Shown here: positions 56,621-64,000 of the stretch, one piece after another
How positions within the stretch are numbered: position 1 is the stretch's first letter
Layout of the letters: every line of letters starts with the position of its first letter
Made by a program: the position numbers and the translations under genes
From: the human T2T-CHM13v2.0 reference genome, Homo sapiens
Strand: one strand, 5' to 3'
NCBI RefSeq assembly: GCF_009914755.1
Contig: NC_060925.1
DNA length: 64,000 bases
The notes under the pieces: model-generated
The model's input: the letters and a program-made list of their open reading frames with translations, nothing else
The model's database searches: none
Told to the model about the DNA's origin: nothing

Positions 56621-57360
56621 TGTCCAGAATAGCTCTGAAAAATCTGCAACATGTCCAATGCCGTGCTAGGCACGCAGCCTAACAGACAGTCCCAGAAACA
56701 AGACAGATGTAGTCCCAGATCTCAAGGGCCTTCGTTCAGATAGGGGAGACAGAACATGAACAAATATATAACAGAATGTTAAAATGCAATTGTTAGCCAG
56801 GGCACCAAAAGACAATAGCTCTCATATGTCAAAGGAGGTTGTAGACCATATGCACAATTTGCAAAGGAGGTTGTAAACATCAGTTTCACATCCAGTGTAT
56901 GCGCAGGTCAAGAGTTGGATTTGGGGAAAAAAATATTTTAGCAGAGAATTTATTGGAGTAAGCTGTGCTACGAATCCTACCCCTACCCAGGGTGGAGGAG
57001 AGGGAGGCTGTGGAAGGCCATGGGAGGTACAGCTATACTGACAGGTGTTTGGTTTTTCTTCACTTCTGGGCATCAAAGAGATTGTACTTCATCTACCTTA
57101 CCTTGAAGTCAGGGATGGCATAATTTGCTTTGGCCACTGAAATGTGCCACTTGCAGATGGAAGCATTCCATGACAGGATTCAGCCCTGCTGCCCTCTCTT
57201 CCTTTGCTGTGACAATTGTAGAAACACTTTTTTTATTATTTAATTCTATTAAAGTCATTTAGCCCATTAATATTTATAACAATTACTGAAAAGAAAGAGG
57301 GGGTCATCTTAGGTCCTATCAACAGCATCTGAGTGACTATCTAGCAGCTACTTAAGGTAA

Positions 57361-57768
<408 letters not shown>

Positions 57769-59384
57769 TACAACAGGGTTTTTTATTGTGGGCAAACATA
57801 AAATTTACAGTTTTGACAATTTGCAAGTATATAGTTCAGTGGCATTCAATACATTCACATTGTTGTGCAACCAACATGACTATCCACCTGCAGTACTTTT
57901 TTGTACAACCATTTTTTATATCCAGGTGCCATAGATTAAAGCATCCTGGAGCACTGAGTCAACGCTTGGAGGACAACTGCTCTTTTGTGTTATCTGGACC
58001 CACAGTGGATTGAAAGCAAGAAATAAATTTGTATAGTATTAAGCCACTTTGGTTGGGGTCTGTTTGTTAGCTCAGCATTATCTAGCCTAGCCTGATGAGT
58101 ACACAGGTGCTACCTCCTCACCCCAAATCAAGAGACTATGGCTTTGTGATACCCCCTGGAGAACGTAATGTGGGAATCCTGTAATCTCACTTGAGAAATC
58201 CAAATGTCAAGAGGCTGGCTGCCACAGCCTGTGATGCAGAGCTGAGGGCTACAGTCTGGAAAGTGACGTTCTTCCAGAGTTTGCCAGAGCAAAGGAATAA
58301 CAAGACTTTCACATGAATCTGATATAAGTCAAGTGCAAGAGAGAGCCAGGGTGGGTGTCATCTTAGGTCCTTTCAAGGAAGGCCACATGGAAGAGCAAAC
58401 AGACCTCAGCAGAGAGAAGGCGGAGATGCTGCTGGATTCTCAGGAGAATGCAAACAGCCGAAATAGAGATGCATGTGGTCTAGACCAGGGACTGCAGGTG
58501 AGAAATCTTCAGTGAGAAGGTGGGCATCTCTGAAGTCTCCCAAAAGCACCCATGAGAGGAAGAAGTCACTTTAAACATGTGCCAAGTCCAAAGAGATTTG
58601 AAGCTGGTCACCACTATGATAACAGTCAAGTGAAGTCATCCTTGCTCCCCTAACCTCTTCTATGACTTCCTCATCCAGTCCTGGAGGCATCATGAACATG
58701 GCTAGCAAGATGAGAGAGGAGTAGAAGTACTACGTGAATGAAGAAAGAGAGAAAGCACCAACCATACATCTTCCTTCCCCTACAGCTTCCAGCATGCAGC
58801 GGGCTGAGTCGAGAAGTCTATCCTTCAAGGCAAGATTGTGGGGCTGCATATTTTAATTACTAAATTAGAAATATAGTAGAAACTTAAAGTATCTATAGGA
58901 CTTTTTATTATATGGTGACAACCATAGATGTTAAGAGCCCAGTTGGGTTTTTATCCAGAGACAAGAGAAGAAGTAGGCCCATAGAATGTATTTTAACTGG
59001 GATCATGGGAGACAAAAATAAAATTGCTTTAGAACTGCATCTCACAAGCCATACTCCTTCAACATAATGGCACAAATAAATCTACACATATTTTCTGAGA
59101 TCAGCAAAGTCATGTAAAAGATTTGACAGGAGTGTTATAAAGAAATTATTTGTGAATCAAAATGAGAAGTGGTCAGCCACAGGCACAGAACAAGTGGTAC
59201 TTAGAGGACCACTGGACTGTCCATCCCAGCCCTGAGGATTCGGGTCACCATGGACCGTGGCCTTGACCCCTTCAGTTTCCTGTAACATACTTGTGGCATA
59301 TGTACAGGTTGATTCTTTAGGGTATCATGGCTTCACGTTGTTCACCTTTCACATTGCGTAATTAAATCCTATTGTTCTAATTGC

Positions 59385-59970
59385 ACATGTACTAGGAGTG
59401 ATGGAAATTGTCAACTGGCTTTCAGCATCCACTCCCACCTCCTTCTACTGAGTATTCCTATACTGGAAAGATTTGATTTAGTCTACATTTCCAAGACTCC
59501 CTTGGAGATTGAGTGATTGAGTTCTCGATGAGAAATAGGTTTCATCATTCAAATGCACCTAGGTGAAATTTTGCAGGGAAAAGTGAGGCAGGGGCTGTCT
59601 TCCTTTTGACAAGCAAGGGAGTAGAGATATTAGTAGGCTTTCATCAGACTTCATGTTTCAGCATCCAGGCAATTGTGGTAGTGCCACAGGCAGACTCCTG
59701 AGCCCTAGATCACAGCTATAGCTTTGTACATTTGACCTCAATTATTTCAGGCTCAACCTCCTGATCTCCTGCTATCCAGATTACATCAAAGGTAACAGCT
59801 CCCCCAGTGGATCCATTCTACTAGGAATCAGTCCTGGAGGCCCCACTTAGAGTTTGTCCTCCAAGCCATCCAGCTATTTTGGAAGCACCTAATTCCTCAT
59901 CATAAATAAATCTCTTTCTTCTTCAAATATCCAAAGTTCCTGTGTCCAGCATTAAAACCTGACTGATGCA
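59385..59970 (+). mobile_element. Old ERV-L-class solo LTR (subfamily uncertain)
   Basis: cagcatccactcccacc...ctacatttccaagactccctt...aataaatctctttcttcttcaaat...cctgactgatgca. Confidence 0.45.
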
Positions 59971-61919
59971 TGAAAACACCTTCTGATTGTAATTTAACTA
60001 CGCGTTTGGCATGGCCAGAAAGAGAGAATGCTGTGTCCAGAGGACATGAGTAGCCATGCCATTCCCCCAAGTGGTAATATTTTTCAAGGAGGTCTGATGT
60101 CGCACGCCAGAACTTTATGAAATCCACTGGCCTAAGTACATTGGTATTCATTCCTGAGTTTGATCCGTTCTGGGGCATGGACCAAACTGTTTATGTAAGG
60201 CTAGACTGAAGCCTGGGCATGGTGAATTCACCAAGAAAAATAGCACCTTGTAAGGCCTGGGGGGAAACAGACCACCTGGTTTTCTCTGGTGGCACCTCAA
60301 CTTTGTACACACTTCAACATTCAAACACCCCAGAAGTCCTTCTGTGTCTCCATATGGCCACTCCTGGTGAGATCAGACCTGCCAGGCTGTACTGCCCATG
60401 TAGCCGATCTGGACCACTTGTCTATGCCCTCCATCCCCAGTCCTCCTCCTGCTGCTCCCTCTTGTGACAAAATCACCATGCAGTGACATTGTCCAGTTAG
60501 CTGCTCTTTAGAAAACACTGCCACTTTGGCTGGAAAAGTCCAGCATTGACGCATTCCCACCCAGGCAAAATGCACCCAAGAAACAAAGCAAGTTGTGCCT
60601 CCCTCAACCACAGCAGGGAGTCATGCATCAAAGTCAGTGTGTTGGCAGGGACGGCAACCTCAACAATTTTCTCTTAACCCTTCCTTTGTTCTCCATTCCG
60701 TTTAAGCTCCTTGAACAACAGGTGCTTTTGAAGACAGAAACTGTGTCCCCTTGTCCTTACATTCTATACTCCTAGCTCTGGAGTATACAGAGTAGATGCT
60801 TAGTGATGGTTTGTTGGATGAATGACACTTCTAGTTGTTGCCTTTTTTCTTGCCCCTCTCCCCTTACACCATGCATACCAGCCACAGAGGGGAGATTTCA
60901 TTCCATGCCTTCCCATACCCTCAGCCTTCGCACATTTTTTTCCTCACTACGTAACACACATCCACCTTCAAGTCACCATTTACACCTACACTTTCCAGGA
61001 AACTTTCCTGACTCGTTAGATTGGTTTCTCCCATTAGACATTCCCATAGCTCCCTGTACTTCCTCCTCATGGTACCCATCACCCCTACATGTAACTACTT
61101 GTCCAAGTGTCTGCCTTCCCCACTGAATGGTAAACTGCAAGGAGGCAGTGGGCCACACACTCTGTAAACATCTGTAGAATGAAAGAATGAATGAATTTCT
61201 CTGTGAAACACATGCATTAAGAGTTAGGACCTTTCTCTGAAGAACTCTCCGCCAGAATCTCTAACCACAGAATATCGAAGGGAACCCCAGTCTACAAGTT
61301 GGCCCTTCTAGAAGATAGCCCAGCTTCTCCCCCACCTGCCCCAGGTTTTTCACACTTAACTCACCCACCAGGACTCACTGGTCTCTTGAGGGTGGGTATT
61401 TATTTATTTTATATACTATATTTACTACAGCAATTTGCTTTTATCTTTTCTCTATTTTCCTTTCGTTGTGCCATTTTTAGCCCATTTTAGTTCTTTTTTA
61501 TTATATTTTCCCGTTTTCCTTATTCCTATTCAAAAGAAAATTTCATTGTAAGAAGGCATAGCTCTAAGCAGCTGATTTTTCCTAAACTGGAAACATCAGG
61601 TGTCACTCCCATCTTCTCCTATTCCTCCCCACCAGCTAGCACTACAGAGCAATTTCTTCCATCCAGAGGAAGCCTTCTGGTCCTGTCCTGGGAGAGTCCC
61701 TAGACTTTAAAGACTTTTCACTGGGATGGTGAAGTGTTTCCCACCAAAAGTCACTGCGTCTAATCACGGAAGAGAGCAAAAGGCCAAGCTTCTCTGGCCC
61801 CAGAGAACAAATAAGTTCAGCCTCCAAATGCAACCTTATTGTGAGTGTAATTCATCTGTGTTTCCCCAGAGCCAGGTTCAGGAGCCTTCAACTATAAAGT
61901 GTCAGAAAATGTCTGAAAA

Positions 61920-62210
61920 GTGAATAAATTAACAATGATTGAATGAATGACCGAAAGAGTGAATGGATAGATGAATGAATGGGTGGGATGATGGTACAGG
62001 GATGGACTAATGAACAAATGAATAAACACGAGAAATGAATGAAACAGTGAATGAACCAATGGGTAAATAAATGACAGATGGATATGATGGTCAGAGGGAT
62101 AAATGAGTGAGTGGGAGAGTGAATAAGTAAATTAGTGGATGAGTGATTGAGTGACTAGATGAATGAATGAATAAACGAGAATGAATGAATAAACGAGTGG
62201 ATTAATAAAT
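61920..62210 (+). repeat. Degenerate (TGAA/TGGA)n tract, resembling an L2 tail
   Basis: Repeated gaatgaat/gagtgaat units. Confidence 0.8.
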
Positions 62211-62793
62211 AAGTTTTAGTGAGCCCTATAACTCAGGCATAAACCAGACATGCTCCTGAGACTGGAAAATGAAACTAGATACTAAAAATACAATAAAGTA
62301 ATTTTAAAAAAAACACTGTGATAATACAGAGCTCATTGATCAGGGCCCCAAGATCAATATTCTTCTGGACAAATCTTCAGTGTGGTTTCTCAGCCCCACC
62401 CGTTGACTGTCACTGGAGCTGTGGAAAAGACAGATTGAGAGACAGTGTGTGGGTGTTGAGAGGTTGTATGTGTGATCAGGACAGTGGTTCTTTTCTCTAG
62501 CTGTGCTTTAGAATCCTTTGGGGAGTTTTCAAAATGTAATTGTGATTTACTTGGATTCCAGGCAGAGGGCAGGGGGACAGGAGCAGAAAGGAGGGAGGCA
62601 TGGCTTCGTTTCTATAAAGGCCCCCACAAAGTCTAATGTGCAGCCAGGGTTTGAGAATCGCTGGTTCCAAGGTGAACAACATTCTGATGTGGGTACTTGG
62701 ACACAATCATTTAGATGCCAATGGCACCTTCACGTGACCAAACAAAAAAAATGGCCTTTCTTCTGTTCTTTTAACCAAGTAATGTGTGAAACT

Positions 62794-62794
<1 letters not shown>

Positions 62795-62827
<33 letters not shown>
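62795..62827 (+). repeat. (AC)n microsatellite, about 16 units
   Basis: Read directly from the sequence. Confidence 0.95.
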
Positions 62828-62828
<1 letters not shown>

Positions 62829-63619
62829 CTTATTTTATTGCCTACCCTGCCCACACCCTCTGGAAGGGGCAACCTCACCCCATGACTCCCCCTCCCTCAC
62901 TCCACACCCTTGGCTGATTTTACAGGGTAGACAGTTGGCCTAGGGGCAGAGTTCAGGGGTAGAGGTCAGATCAGGTAAAAGTCAGGAAAGGAGCACAGTT
63001 CCCAGAAATGGGGAGACACATGGGCAGAGAGGCTCAAAGATATCTAAAATACACAATATTTTGACATTAAAAAAATGTTTACATAGCCACTATGACCCAG
63101 TAGCATTCAAAATCATCAACATAAAATGTCTCTTTTGTCAAAATATCTCTCTTAGGAGGCAAGATGGCTGGTGAGCTTTTGTTATACAAGGAAACAATAA
63201 GATCCCTGACAACCACCTGGCCAAAGGACAGGCAGGGAAATCAGGTGGAGAACAAGCCAGCCACTTGAAAAATAAGTATGGTGTTCTCAGTGCCTGGGAA
63301 CCAGGGATCTGGGGAGGCACTTCTCTGCTTCAATGAAGGGGCTTAAGTTTGGGCCACCAGACAGTTCCAACAGTGTGTGTATGGTCTGCTTCTTTTCTGT
63401 CCAGGTTACCTTCATTTTTAGGAAGGTTCTTTTTGGAAGTTCATTCTACTGTCTTCACTGTACCAAGAAGAGATGAAAGGAAAAGTTTGAAGGAAAGTGA
63501 GAAGAGAGAAAACCACTAGGTTTCTTGGGATGGAGAATAGGTAGGTATAGAGTGGAGTAAAGCACAGGGAATTGCTCACCTATTCCCAGGTACTTGTTCC
63601 AGGGAAAGATAAAGGAAAG

Positions 63620-63790
63620 GGAGGGAAGGAAACTTGAAACTTGAAACTTGCAGGAGGTAAATTCAGGATCAATAAAAGGAAGTGCTCCTTCACACAGCAG
63701 GGAATGAATTTACAGAACTCATCACCCCAAGAGGAGATGCAGCTGAAAATATAAGATCCCAAAACCTATAGATACAAATTGGATGATTGA
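63620..63790 (+). mobile_element. L3/CR1 3' relic
   Basis: cttgaaacttgcaggaggtaaattcaggatcaataaaaggaagtgctccttcacacagcagg. Confidence 0.55.
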
Positions 63791-64000
63791 AAGAAAAATG
63801 ATGACATTAAGTTGACATCTAGGAGAACAATCCTGTTCTCCCCCAATTTACTCTTTAGTGCCTAGTTTAAGACAAGATCCTGCACTATGGGTACCAAGGA
63901 GATGACCTAGTGTGATTATCCAACAATCTCATGTTTGATTGCCTAGGAAACTAACTTTTCTTCCTTCTTGCTTCCTTCCTTGTAAGCACCAGTGACAGGT

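Overview
This is repeat-dense human genomic DNA, intergenic or deep intronic. The species call rests on a human-specific pre-Ta L1HS. I recognise no host protein-coding exon, RNA gene or CRISPR array, and nearly every ORF in the track comes from a repeat. The main contents are: (i) a nested LINE stack at 0.25-11.5 kb (HAL1-like, L1ME, a full-length L1PA13/14-like element carrying an AluSp and an L1PA8, and an antisense L1PA15); (ii) a full-length minus-strand pre-Ta L1HS (18670-24716) with intact ORF1 and ORF0, whose ORF2 is broken by one extra A; (iii) a MER97-like hAT element holding a 3'-deleted AluY and an L1PB1 with a probable 3' transduction of an MST LTR half; (iv) a MER41B solo LTR retaining one GAS site; (v) an LTR33/ERV-L pol relic with an inverted copy of the integrase segment; and (vi) many Alu, L2, MIR, MaLR and Tigger relics and microsatellites. 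I cannot support a wholly new biological system here. The most interesting signals are mechanistic scars: one L1 target site apparently used twice, an ancient 3' transduction, several templated micro-insertions, and an L1 one base from an open ORF2. Subfamily names come from recalled consensus sequences, not from a RepeatMasker run.
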